A stretch of 64,000 nucleotides of DNA from Guillardia theta CCMP2712 (lineage: Eukaryota; Protista; Cryptophyta). The position numbers were made by a program, and so were the translations under genes. This document shows, piece after piece, positions 36,870 to 50,132 of this stretch (positions are counted from its first letter, which is position 1; every line of letters begins with the position of its first letter). Below the pieces are notes generated by a model. The model was given only the letters and a program-made list of their open reading frames with translations, was not told the origin of the DNA and searched no databases. The stretch is from contig NW_005434495.1 in assembly GCF_000315625.1 (NCBI RefSeq), forward strand, positions 1 through 64,000, in the 5' to 3' direction.

Positions 36870-39800
36870 TCACTGAATGCCGTCCTCATACATGGACAGG
36901 TCGAGCGTAAAGACGTTGCTGTGACCTCCCGTTATGTCTCTGCATATGCCAACCAGCCCGTCTGCCTTTTCGTAGAAACGCTCTTTGAGAGAGATGATTA
37001 CACATTGCTGCTCGTGCCTTCGCGATTGGATGTAACGAGTGACTTTTGCCACATTGCGAGCGTCTAGAGCTGCATCCACCTCGTCGAGAACGATGAAGGG
37101 AGCTGGACAGTAGCTGTTGATGGCGAAAAGAAGCGCAAGCGCCGCAACCGTCTTCTCTCCTCCCGAGAGATGAGTCATGTCCATAAAGCGTTTGCCCGGA
37201 GGAATGGTGTCATACTTAATACCATCCATGTAGGGCTCCTCCTGATTGTTGAGGGTAAGATATGCAGATCCACCAACGCTCTGTTCAACTTTCGTTGGAT
37301 CGCATGTGAGCTCCTTGTAAATCTCGTCGATACATCCTTTGACGTGGTCGAAGCATTTGTTAAACAACTCGCATCTTTTCTGCTTGACATCTTCGAATTG
37401 CTTTGTTAAATCCTGCGAATTCTGTTTGGCAGATGACAGTTCCTGCTGCACAGCTTCGTATCTTTCTTCGATCTCTTTGAGCTGTTCATGCGCCTTCATA
37501 TTTGGATTCATCGTCTGGAGCGTTTCGTTGATCTTTTTTTGCTTCTCTTCAAGGTCCGACCGTATCTTTTCTTGGTCTTTCTCACCAAGATCACGCTTAT
37601 GCTCCCTTGGCAGTTTCGAAAAATCTATGCGAGATTGCAACACTTCTTGTCTGATCTCTTTGGCAGTTTGGCTATGACCAGCTTCGATATCCATGTTGTC
37701 TTCTTCATCGTCATCAGTGCTTCCATCTTTTTTCTTCCTCGTGGGAATTTCGATTTCATCCATTTTACATTGCTCAAAGACTCCATTTCTTTTGTCCCGC
37801 AATCGTTGCATCTGGGCTTCAGCCTTTTCCAATTGTCTTGAAATTTCCTCACGATCTTCATTAGCTTTTTTCAAAACCTTGGTAATCTCCTTGTACTCCT
37901 TCTCAATTTCATCGATCTCCTCCTTAATTGCTTTTTGCTTTCTCAATTCTTCTTCCTTTGCATCCATGGCTTCCTTCATCTTCTTCTTGCTTGATTCTTC
38001 TTTGCTTTTGAGAGACGCAATTTCTTCCTCAAGTTTTTTTGTTTCTTGCTTCTTGTCCTCAAGCAGCTTGACGTACGCAGAGTAATTTGACTTGGATTTG
38101 GCAATGACGCCTTCAACTTTCGCTTTCTATGCAGATTAGCATGTAGTCAGTGACCTTTTGTCACAGTAACAAAAGATCACCTGCTGGGTAAGATCGTTGA
38201 TTCTGCTTTGGACTTCACGCTGTTCTTTCAAGGATCCACCTTCAAATTCAGCGATGCTCTTGATACCCATCTTCTTGCAGAAGTCCCGATAAACCATATC
38301 ATGGATTTTGTCAAGCGCAGCCCTGTCTTCTTCAAGAGTTTTTCTCTGCGAATCGATTTCTCGTTTCATGTGTTGGATGTTGGGAGCAAGTGTCTCCAGT
38401 TGTTTCTTGTGAATATTCACCTCCTTTTCCAAATTTTTCTGGTCAATATCGTGGATCTCTTTCAGTCTTTGAGCCGCAGTGAGTTCGGCGGAATTTTCTG
38501 AAAGCTTCTTTTCAAGGCCAAATTTAGCCCTCTCCAGAACTTCAATTGTTTTGCTGACTGACTGCAAATCAAGAGTTCATCAGTTATGCGATAGATCAGC
38601 TATAAATGTCTTACTTCCTGTTCTCTGCTGCATTTTTCTAATTTTTCTCTCAGCTTATCGAGTTCGTTTGCTTGCCATCGTTGGGCTTTCGATTGCAAAT
38701 GTGAATTGTCTCCTCCCGTCATCGTTCCTGATTTTGAAATCAATGCACCATCATGGCTTACAACCTGAGGAAATCATGTCACAATTTAACAATTTGGGAG
38801 AATATTACCTTGCATCTCAATGAACCAACTGATTGGGACTGATATGCCAAATTTTTTGCATCCTGCAATGTAGGTACCAAGACAGTATTGCCCGTGACAT
38901 ACCACATCGCTTTTTCCACAGATTTTTCGTATTCGATACAATCCAATGCAAGCTTAGCTCCTTGAATCATTCTCAATCTGATTCAGCGTCAGTATCAAAA
39001 CAAATAGCTTTGCAATCGAAGGGAGTACCTCTCGTCAGGAGGTTTTGCAGTAAGGGTATCCAAAGGAAGAAACGTCATCGCTGGAGCTTTCTGCTCCTTC
39101 AGATGCTCAATACAACGACGAGCAGTTTCTTCCTTGTCGATGACGACTGCATCCATATTACCCTCCATGGTTATCGCCATTGCAAGCTCATGTTGTCGTT
39201 GGCGGACTTTGCACAAGTCCATCACACGTCCGCGAATACCAGGGAACGAGCTGGATAGGTGTTCCAGTCTGATCTTAAATTGCTCGTCTCTTTGATTCTG
39301 GTGGTGGTCAAAGCTTGCCTCTCGAATCTTTTCTTGCAATTCGCGGTTCTCGTTTACCAGGACCTTGATTCAGGTCAAAAGTATTGTTCAAATTTCTTAT
39401 CGCTTCACCTTCTTTCTGGCGTATTCGTCCTTCAATTTCGCTGTGACATCCGTCAATTCGCTGCTGCACTTGTGCTTCTCTTCGTTCAACCCCTGATGTA
39501 TATCAGATAATATCAACTGAAAAGCACAATTTCACCTGCAGCTTGTTCAGATTCTTGCTATTGACTGCAGACTCATCCTTGATCTTGCTGCTGAGATGAT
39601 CGATCCGTTGTTGACAACGCTTCATTGACACTTCCAATGTCTCAAGTTGACGTTTTGCTTCTTGATCAGCCCTTTCTGTCCTTTCCAATGCTGTTTTGGC
39701 TTTGTGAGACATTTGAAAAGCTTTGGATTTCAACTGGTTGTACTCCGAGACCTGTTCTCCAACCAGATCAATACCTCTTTTCTTGCTTTTGGACTCAATC

Positions 39801-40987
39801 TCCTTGAGAGCAGCTTCGAGGTCATCTCGTTCTTTTTCTTCAGACTTGAGTTTTTGAGTCATCTCCTGGAGTTTTTCTTTCGAATTCTTCATTTCCTCAG
39901 AATTTTTGGTGATGTCAGCTTTTCTTGAGCTTATCTCTGTTGACAGCTTGAGAAGATCTTGTCGTTGGATACTCTTCACTTTCTTTTCAAGGTCATCAAC
40001 TTTCTTGTCAATCACTGACCACTCTTTTTGCTTTTCAGCCTTTTTTTTCGACTTTTTGTCTGCTGCATTGGATACTGCTTTGCAATTTTTGGAGCATTCT
40101 TCAAGCTTTTCTCCCAAGGTTTCAGCTTCTGTTGCGTGGCTTTCGATCTGCTTTTCAATCTGATACAAATCAAAAAGAACGTGATGGGTTTTCAGATCAT
40201 TCAAGTCGTTGAGCATCTTCTCATAAGTGTTTGCCTCCTTCACCTGTTCTTTGCACTGTTTCTTCTCGTTCGAGACCAAAAGGCTGCGTTTGTAAACTGC
40301 AACAGCGGTTTGAGATGCAGCACTTTTTTGCTCCATAAGTTCCTCGTACTGCTGCTTGAGATCCTCCGAACCAGAAATTCTTTCTAGCAGTTCAGTGAGT
40401 TGTTTTGGGGTCTTTTGGGCAACCGCTTCGACTTCGTTCTGAAAAACCAGGAAGTTGCGAGATTTCACCAGCAGACCAATAGATTTCAATCTCCTCTGGT
40501 ACTCTTTCTCGTCGACTTTCTTATTGTCAATTTTATATTCGCTTGTGTCGCGTGAAGTAATCGTTCTGGTGAACTGAATCTCATCGAATTTGCCAGATCT
40601 AGTTGTTGCTGGTTAAAATTCAAGTGGTGATAGTAATGAATCACTTACCCCTTCTCAGGTCCTCGGTAGAAGAGCGACACAGAGGTTGGAGATGCACTGG
40701 CAGTGCTCAAATTTGATCGAAAATCCGCAATCCTCGATCCTCTGAGCGTAGTGGCTGTCACTCCAACAACGAAGCTGATTGCATCCATCAAGTTCGATTT
40801 CCCTGGCGAGAGATCACAAGCTGACTGAGCAGATATCTTAAAAGATAAACTCACCTGATCCATTCGGTCCGATCACACATGTGAAATCTTTGAATGGACC
40901 GATCTCAAGGTATCCAGCATAACTTTTGAAATTTTGGACTACGAGCTTGTACAGACATCCTCGTCCGTCGTCATCGCGTGCTGGCAT
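36870..40987 (-). CDS. SMC1: Structural maintenance of chromosomes 1 (cohesin subunit)
   Basis: NFKSY, IGPNGSGKSNLMDAISFV, RNFLVFQ, hinge (GIRGRVMDLC, MTFLPL), PPGKRF, LSGGEKTVAALALLFAI, LDEVDAALD. Confidence 0.95.
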
Positions 40988-41843
40988 CTCCGAAGAAACT
41001 GTGACAGCATCAAGTTACAACCAAACAATACTGACTGATGATTGCATTCACTGTTGTATATTTCTAAACTTGTTTACTCATGCTCAGCCCAACTTCACTT
41101 CATCAGCCTTCTACATGCTCCACCATTTCTGCACAACAATGCCTCCCTTCGAAACAAGACATCATCAGAAAGTCTTCCCATCTCTACCATTCGTGATATT
41201 CTCGCATGTTTCCTCTCATCAAACATGCTACGTCATCTTCTGCCTCCTGAACCTTCTTCCCTCTTCCCGCCATTTCCCGCCTTTTTCACCGACAAACTTT
41301 CGGAGGGGCCGCGCCAAAGCTCCACCACTTACTACCCCTCTTGCGACCCTGGCAAATCCCTTCAAATACACCCCTATGAAATACCCCACCCCCTATTGAC
41401 TACCCCTCGAAAGGATTGGCCGATGACCCCTGGCACACTGGTTTTGGCGGCATCGTCGGATGGGGAAGACGCGGGGATGAGGGCTAAATCTGGGTCATTG
41501 GTGGAGATGAGGGCCCCATTTCCAACGCATACGATGGCGTGTAGACCTTGTGCAGCAATGTGTATGGCACAGAAGAGACGAGGAGAGAGATCAGACAAGA
41601 AGAGAAAGGAACATGTGATCAAGCTATGAGAAAGAGAGCCATGAAAGTGTGAGCATTCTAGAAAGATCGGACGGACCAATGACAACTCTGGATGAAACGT
41701 GAGAGATGAAGAAAATCAGCTCACGATGTTACAATTGCTGCGAAGCACATTTTGAAGGGAGATTAGTGGCAGAGAGTTAGCATTATGTCACGTGTAGTGA
41801 ATGAGACCGACATCAGAGCACGGCTGAGCGTTTCTTCTGCAGG

Positions 41844-44800
41844 ATGCCTCTCACTCCACAGTTCAAGTGGAATGAAGATGAAGAAAGCTGCTCTGTAGAA
41901 GTCATTCTTTCAAGTGCAGCTGGATCGACAAGGAATACCCGGGTGGAATGCACAGATGCTATGATCAAAGTGACATCTCCACCATACTTCCTGCAAGTGA
42001 GCAAATGAGAGTTTTTCGCGGTGATTTGTTGTTGATTGCTTTGCAGCTTGACTTGTACAAGGATATCGATGAATCAACCAGCAAGGCCACTGTTCTGCCG
42101 GGTGTTGTTTCGATCAAAGCGCGAAAGAAAGACAAGGGAATCTGGGGTCAGCTGAAGGCGGCTGGAGACGCTGCATCGGTGAAAGAGAGGCGGGAGGCTT
42201 CGATTCGAGAGAAAAGCCAGAGAGACGCGCGGCGCTACGAGGACACAAAGGAGAAGAAACGGCAGGACGATGATTACGTGTTCCACAAGCAGTGGGATCT
42301 AGAGAAGGACGAGAAGAGAGTCATTGAGCGCCTTGCTGAGCTGCACAAGAAAGATGCGGAGAAGCAGCTGTACGAGTGGGTTGATACCAAGGAAGCGAAG
42401 GAGGCTGCGGGCAGAGGTGCTGAGGATGAGCAGGTTTCGACTTACTTTGACAAGCAGCTGGTGGAGGGAGACGTCGATCCCTTCGAGGAGAAAGATGGAC
42501 TCATTCCGCTCCCTGGCAGTTACCACAAGAAGACAGCAAGAAGTAGCGCCATGGCAAACTCGCTCAAGGCTGAACCAGTACCAGAGTTTGACATTAGGAA
42601 GAAAGACAAGGAAGCATCGATCGAAAGACGAGATGAGGTTAGTGCAAAGAAATCTCAGATAGAGGAGATAGAGGAGGAGGAGGAGGAGGAGGAGGAGGAG
42701 GAGATCAAGAAAGCAATGGAGCAGGAGGTCGACGAGGAGCAGAAGGCGAAGGAGCACAGACGACTTGAGGCAGAACGAGTGATGCCGCTGTCGATGACAG
42801 CCAAACAGAAACCTGATGCCAGTAGCTCTTCTAAGAACCCAGCAGTGGAGGAAGAGGAGAGCTGCCGTAACAAGAAGGAGGCAGAGGAAGGTGACTTGGG
42901 CAAGGAACTTGCGTCCGGGAAGAATGTCGAAGAGGAGGAGGAAAATGATGAAGACAAACCGGCCAACAAGAGAGAATCTTCACGATCGGACGTGGCAGAT
43001 GAAGAGAAGCTGTTAGGAAGGAAGAAGGGAGCCTCTCTCAACAGGTCTCTTCTTTCTGCTGGCGATCCCCCATGACTCTCCTCCTCAGATGGGATGCAGA
43101 GGCTGTTGCGCAGAAGCACAGAATGATTGGAGACGCATACTTCAAGGCTGGTATGGTTGAGGATGCAAAACGGCACGAGGCACTTGCGAGGGAAGCTGCT
43201 CCATGGGTAGAGGATCAGCTGAGAGTGTACGAGACGAAGGAGGTGAGGGATTGGTGGAGGTGGACAAGGAAGACCAGACGGTAATTCTGAACAGGAAGAG
43301 GAGTTGAGACTGCAAAAGGAGAAGGAGAAGGAGGAAAAGGATCGAGACACGCTCTCTGCGCTGCCTCCTCCTCGCTCAGCTGGAAGGGTCGAGCTGAACT
43401 TCACCAAAGGTCGTCGTAACCTGCCCGCAAGGTCTTGGAAATGATAAGGGGCGGGGGGCGGGGGCGAGGAGGAGGAGGAGGAGGAGGAAGGGAGGTGGGG
43501 GAATCTGACCGATGGAGCAGAGAAAGAATCGAGACAGACGAAGAGGTCAAAGTCCGCGAAGAGGAAGACTACCGCGAGAAGAAGCGGGCCAACCCCGACG
43601 CCAGGTATGCCGCTGGGTAGTGAAGGGTTGAGGTTGTGGAGAAGTCCATTGGGGATTTTGATTGCGGGTGGATGACGCAACCAGGATGAGGATGTGAAGC
43701 GAGTTCGTGATGCTTTTACTTTTGTTGTTGTCGATGTTGTCGTTGGTGATGATGTTGGTTACCATGACGACGGTGTTGTGATGCTGTTAATGATCATGAT
43801 GATTCAGGGGTCCCAATGAGGATCAGGCACAATGGCTGAAGATGCGAGGAGATCATTTCTATAGGACGAGGGACTACAGGGCAGCTCTCAACGCCTACAC
43901 TAGCTGCTTGCAATTGGACACCAGGAACGCTCAGGCATATAGCAACCGCAGCCTGTGCTCCCTCCGCCTCTTCCTCTTTGCAGACGTCATAGCAGACGCC
44001 AGCAAGGCTCTCGACCTCTTCAAGAAGGTGGAGGACAAGGAGGGGAGAGAGGTAGCTGACAGAAGGGTGCAGGTGAAGAAGGAGGGGAAAGATCCCGAGG
44101 ATTGGGCGCAGGAGCTGGAGAAGCGAGCTCGATGTCTTCTGCGCCGCGGAACAGCATACACGCGCTTGGGAATGTTCGACCTGGTGGACCTGCGATGAGC
44201 GAGAGGAAGGAGGAGCTTCTAACTGTCTCTCTCCTTGCAGGCCCTGCAGGATCTTGACGCAGCGAGTAAGCTCCTTCCAGACAACGAGCTGATCAAGGAC
44301 GACCTGGAGGGGCTGCGAGAGGTGAGGAGGGAGGCCGAGGACCAGGCAGTGGAAGGGGGGGGGGGGGAGGTCGATGAATATGGGTCCTGCAACATCAATA
44401 TACAACGTTGACTGTGAGAGCAGGCGATCGCTCAGCATCCGTACGTGAAGGCGAAGGAGGAGGGGGACCGCGCTTTCAAGCAGGGGAACACCGATGAGGC
44501 CATTCGAGCATACGATGCTGCCATCGATGCAGATGGAGGATGCTTTCAGGTCCCTCTAGTTTCCTTCCTCTTGTTTCTCGTCCTTGTCTTTCGTTTCGCG
44601 TCCCCTCACAAGCTTTCACCTCAGGCTCTGTCCAACCGAGCAGCCTGCTGGCTCGCAAAGGAGGAGTATGTCCGCTGCATCGAGGACAGCACAGAGGCGC
44701 TGATGCTGCTCGACCCTTCTGGTCACTTCAACACGAAGCTGGCACTCCGTCTGCTTGTCCGCAGAGGCACAGCGTGAGGACCCGAGAGGCAGGGGAGGAG

Positions 44801-45190
44801 CAGGGATGACGAAGGCGCAGGAGGTGCTGGCACGGTGACTTCGAAGAGGGAAGAGCAGACTTCAAGCGCGCGCTCTTGCTCGACCCGCACAACAAACAGC
44901 TCCAAGACGATGTGAGCGATGCTGGAGGAGGAGGAGGAGGAGGAGGAGGAGGAGGAGGAGCAATCACCGTTGAATCTCTGAGACGGGGGAGGCGGAGGAG
45001 GAGGAGGAGGAGGAGGAGGAGGAGGAGGAGGAGGAGAACCTGACTGTCTGTTCAGGTTTCGATGCTCGTCACCACCACCGGAGCAGCCAAGAGTCTCTCA
45101 GAGTTCATGGGAAGCGCGTTGCCGGATGCAAGGAGCCATGCCCTCGCTGCCCTCGAGGCCGCAGGGATCCAGCGACCTCCGGGAGCATAG
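41844..45190 (+). CDS. DNAAF4: Dynein axonemal assembly factor 4 (DYX1C1/PF23)-like: CS domain, charged region and TPRs
   Basis: MPLTPQFKW...IKVTSPPYFLQLDLY (CS domain), LPPPRSAGRVELNFT, then WLKMRGDHFY and further TPRs. Confidence 0.8.
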
Positions 45191-45276
45191 GGGGAAAGAG
45201 GGAGAGCAGGAGGATGACATGGAATGAAATATAATGATAACAAGAGCAAGCAGAGGCGGGGGAGGCAGCTCCTACT

Positions 45277-48200
45277 TTACATGTTCTCAGCGACACCTGC
45301 AGGTGCATCAGGAGAAGAGACGAGCAAGACAAGGAGCGATGAGGAGAGAGGGAGCAGGAGGAGAGAGTCTTGCCTGCCATGACGTCGAGGAACTGGCTGA
45401 GGTCGTTGGGGCTGACATGAAATTGGACCTGACACTGGGATTCAGCTGGGCTCCTGCTCTTTCTGACCTCCTGCTCACCCGGCAGAAGTCGTAGATGACG
45501 AACTGGAGGGCGATGAGAGCGCCGCCGAAGAGGATGCGAGGCTGAAGGCCGATGAGGATATCTCCCCATCTCCTACTCGCTACCCACGTCCTCCACGCGC
45601 TCCCCAGTGTCGCTCCTCTCGACTCGCTAGCCTTGGCGAAGAGATAATCCCCCGGCTGTGACGTCACTGCCGACACCATCCCAGCTATCGTCCCTACACA
45701 TCGTCACAATCGCGCCCAGCTCTGCTCGAGCTGATACCGCTGACCAACGAGACGAAGAGGATGGAGCCGAGATCGTCGCGGAGTTCAGGGAAGGCGAGGA
45801 AGATGCTAGTCTTGGTCACATCGAAGACCGCAAACTTGGACATGACGAAGAGAACGTCTTTAACCAGCATTGGAACCTGCGAAAAAGCTCTCACTTCCTC
45901 CTCCTCCAGCTCCTCCTCCTCCCCTCACTCCTCCCCTCTGCTCCTGCTCACCAATCCACTAAACAGGGAAGACCACCCTTCCTCTTCCTGCATCCTGTTC
46001 CATCCCTTGATCAGGCTGCTCCCAGCGAATTTTTCGTCGGCGATCAGCCTGGCAATCGCATGAGCTGCGGTTGGAAGACAGCAGAGCTTCACCTCGTCTT
46101 GACGGCCATGAATGGACAAGCTGCTGCTGCCGCGAAGACAGCAGCTGTCACGCTGGACAACACAACGACGGGAACAGGGTAAAGCAGAGACTGCGAGGAC
46201 CATTCAGTTCTTCCACCACAATTTGAGCAGACAGACCAGCTTGGGTCCAGCTAGATCCGCAAAGAACCTCCTGAAGAACTCTGTACCTCCGAAGGACAGA
46301 GCCCCGTAGATGCCGAACCCAGCCACCTCCGGCTGACGTGACGTGTCAAACTCACGGAGGCCTCACAGTTTTGAACCTGCAGGCCTCTGAGCAGAGCTGT
46401 CAGCCCTCCTTCCTTAGTCAAAACTTTGACTGCTGCATCCAGCAGCCCATCGTACGTGCCCTGTGGTGCTGTCTGCAAGAGGCCGTCACGCTCACGCGAG
46501 GGCCCAGCAGGTGTTCACCTGCATGCGGATCTTGACGGTGTCAAGAGGAACAAGAGCGGCGTGCGCGAAGCTGGCACAGATGGCTCCACTCGCTGCAAGG
46601 CGCCAGTAGACACTGCAAGGAGTTGAGAAGGAGGAGGAGGAGGAGGAGGAAGAGGACCTGCCATCTAGGTTCGACTCTTTCTCGATAGGAGCCCGTCTAG
46701 AAACTTTCCCCAGAGGCCCGAAGGGCGTAGAGATGTTGTTGCCCAAAAGAGACTTCTCGACGAAGGAGAAGCGGTTGGAGGAGGGATCATACTCAACGCG
46801 GACCTGTGAGAGCAGGTGAGACATTTGCAGCTGCTGTAGGATTTAGAATCGAGAAGACCGATGAAGGGAGAAGACGCGTCAGAACTTCGTCAATGGTCTT
46901 GGTGTCCTGTGAGTTCATTGCAACCTTCTTGGCACTTGTGTTGCCTGAAGTAACTCAGAAATGCCGTCCACCATCACCTCAACATACCGAGTCGTCCGAA
47001 GGTGGCAATCGCCGTTGCTGTTGTTCCGTTCGTGTCTCCCCCCGAGTCTATGGGAGATTGTACTTTGACCTGCGTCCTACATCATTCAGAGAGCGCTCAG
47101 TTCCAGGTCTACCTTCCACGGGCAAGAAGTTGTATATCCAGCTCCCGGGTTCAAGATCTCGATCCGATCTACCTCTTTATCCAGTACAGCATATCCTCTT
47201 CCTGCTGCTGCCATCTGATCCTCCGACTCGTCGGGCAGGAAGTTCACTCGCAGATATTCCTTAGAAACTCGTCCGATCCCGCTCCCTGCCGCCTTCATCT
47301 TCACTCCCACTACTCGCCCATCCTCCACGACAGCCTCTGCCTTGGGCTTCTTGAAATTTTCCTCCATCATCCCCATCTTGGCCAGTTCATCAAGCCCCTC
47401 AAACACTACACGCGGAGGCTTCGAGAAGTTTCCACCCCCGTCCTCAACCTCCACTCTTAGGATCTTTCCGTTGGGCCGCAGGAGACATTTCGCTTGAGCT
47501 TTGACCGCAGGATCGTAGTCGACCAGCACATCGACTTCAGGCGCAGCTCCTGTGTACCCTGATCCTCGTGATACCAGCGAGACTTTGGTCAGGCTCGCGT
47601 TCTCCCACATTGACAGCACAGACTGAATCTCTTGGGTGGGTTGGAACTTGTCCATCAAGGTGAAGAGGAAGCCGATCTGCTGCAGGGCGTCTCGATCGGC
47701 CGATCCAAACCTTCGAACCAGCAGCTTGACCAGACGCGCAGCTCCTTCCGTCCCATTGTACGACTTGAGCCCATACTCCACCGAGGCAGAGAAAGATGCG
47801 AACTGCTCCAATCTCTTGTCTTGATATGCGTCCATCGGCAACACAGAAAGCTCCTCTCCTCTCCTCTTCCACAGTGCCATGCTGCTGGCATCATAATTCA
47901 GGAGAAATTTGGAAAGGTACTCTATGAAGCGCAGGGAATAAGTCGATTCAGCAGCGTTCATGTTGGTTCTGATCGCTGACCCCTCTGGCCCAGACACCGG
48001 ACGCCAAACGAGACCAGGCGGCTGCTTGGCGGCGGCTCGGCGCTCTCCAACAGGAAGAAAGAACCCGGAGAGAGCAGCAGCGCTCACGACAAGCATGCTC
48101 CTTCGCGCTACTCCTTCTCTTCTGATCTCATCCTTGCCGCTTTCCGGGCGTGACACTGCACTAAGCAATCGAAGCCCGCCACCCTTCTTGCGCAAGGTTT

Positions 48201-48318
48201 TCGGGGGGTTGGAAATCACCCTCCTTGTTGGGTGCAATGTCGAACCTGAGAACAGAAAGCATTCTACTTGAAAGCACAATAACGCCCAAGCGAGGAGCAG
48301 GCAGAGAAAGGTTTTCAT
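45277..48318 (-). CDS. Mitochondrial carrier family protein (phosphate-carrier-like) with plastid presequence, twin-arginine-like signal and long soluble N-terminal domain
   Basis: Three carrier motifs VPLDTVKIRMQ, CPFMAVKTR and SQPGDYLFAK; N-terminus MKTFLCLLLAWALLCFQVEC-F; RRSMLVVSAAALSG..AAA. Confidence 0.82.
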
Positions 48319-48690
48319 GAGTTCCTTCACTGGACTTCGTCAGGTCATTTTACCTAGAAAGCAGAAATCATGGAGTGAAATTACAGAGCATCAGACAACT
48401 TGTAAGCTGCAATTACACGTCTAGAGTTACAACCCATCTCTCACCTACACCTGACAACCCTGTCAAGTGCTGAGTGCTCCCTGGTAAACAACTCCTGCTG
48501 CTTTGGTACCATCTCTCATCTTTGGTCCGATCCTCTCAACTCACAGTCGTGCAGTTATCTTGTGGGTTGTTCTCACTTACACTTGTTTCTCTTTCGTCAT
48601 TAGTAGGCTTGTTGCATCATCTAGCAGGTATAAAAATGGATATGGAGGTGTGTGGGGTCAATTCACATTCCTCTCTGCCGTTTCTCATCA

Positions 48691-48743
48691 AGAGGACAAG
48701 AGGACAAGAGGACAAGAGGACAAGAGGACAAGAGGACAAGAGG
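48691..48743. repeat. (AGAGGACA)x6.5 tandem repeat
   Basis: Perfect 8-mer array. Confidence 0.9.
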
Positions 48744-49410
48744 CAGGAGAGCATCATCTCTTGCTCTCTCTCTCTCTCTCTCTCTCTCGTCTTCTGCTCT
48801 CCTCTCTCCCTCTCCCTCGTCTTGTCTTGTCCAATCTCATCACATCACAACTCTACTTCAGGGTTCATGCGTTCGCCTCCGGATCAACACGGACCCTGGG
48901 GGCAAAAATTGGGGTGGGGTAACGGAGAAAAAGGGGTGGTCCAGCGGGAAAAGGGTTGGTCATCGACGTGGAGGAATCTTCACTATAGCAAAGTAGGGTT
49001 GACCTTGGGTAATCAGGGGGTGGGGTGGGCATGGGGGATATGGTCGCTTCTGGGGGTAGGGTACATTTGGACCCAGACCAGGGTGGGGTGGATACTGAAA
49101 CAGTGGTAACGGTGGGGGGGAGCTGTCACAAGAGGGATGCGGCTGCTGTGCAAAGATGCGCTCTCGGGAGTCGTCGCTCAGTAGACATGTTGCTCTGATA
49201 GCGCATGACCATGCTTCAACCCTCAGATCGTTCTAGATGGAGAGAGAGCTTCAAAGTCCCTTCCCTTCTGTGCGCTCTCCCCGATCTTGCCCACGGGCTT
49301 CTGAAGGGCTTGAGGGCGAAGATTGTGACAACGCATTGAATTAGACGATTGAATGTACAACCAAAATCCAGTATTTCTGGAGAAAAACAAAGAAAGACAA
49401 TGCACGTTCT

Positions 49411-50096
49411 CTACCCATACAACCTTATCGCAAAAACTGCCGTCGAAATACAAAACAAAATCCGATGGAAGAGCTAGAAGGAAATGAGTTTCGATCATCA
49501 GAGAGTGTCGTCACAAAGACAGATGTGCTTACATGCGTTGATGGGAGCTGTGAAGGTGAAGCACCTGCCAGCAGATTAAGTTCAAGTTCGCCATCATTCT
49601 GGGTTCTACTGAGAAGTACTCCTCCGCTTATGAGTGATCCACTTGGTAATCCCTGACGCTCGATCAGTGATGTCCTGTGGTAACACTTGCTGGATTACCT
49701 GCTGCTGTAGATTGAAATTGATCCGCCGCTCCGTCAGCTTCTTTACCACCTTTCCACCAAATTCAACACAATTTGCAAGACTTTCGAACGTACAGTCGTC
49801 TGCAATGGCTTCGTAGTTGTGAACACCTGACCATAATTTAAGCACCGGATAAGAACACTGGAAATCCGTACAGTCGCAGTGACGTCGGAGGAAGACGATG
49901 GAGATGAGAGTCTTCGATCGCCTTCAAAATATGCACCCCTGGAGAAAGTTTTAGAGCACGTCTCGCCAAAACAATCGCGACAAACCCGCCAGAAGTATGA
50001 CCATCTCCTGAGCCAGAGGAGGATGCTGATCCTGAGTTTGAGGACGACGAACTGGCAGAGGAACTCGAAGTCTGAGATGAAGAACTCTGCTGGCTT

Positions 50097-50132
<36 letters not shown>

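Noticed and set aside
48691-48743. Regular repeat array considered as CRISPR or telomeric seed
   Set aside because: It is a pure 8-mer tandem with no spacers, and I cannot tie it to a telomere unit.
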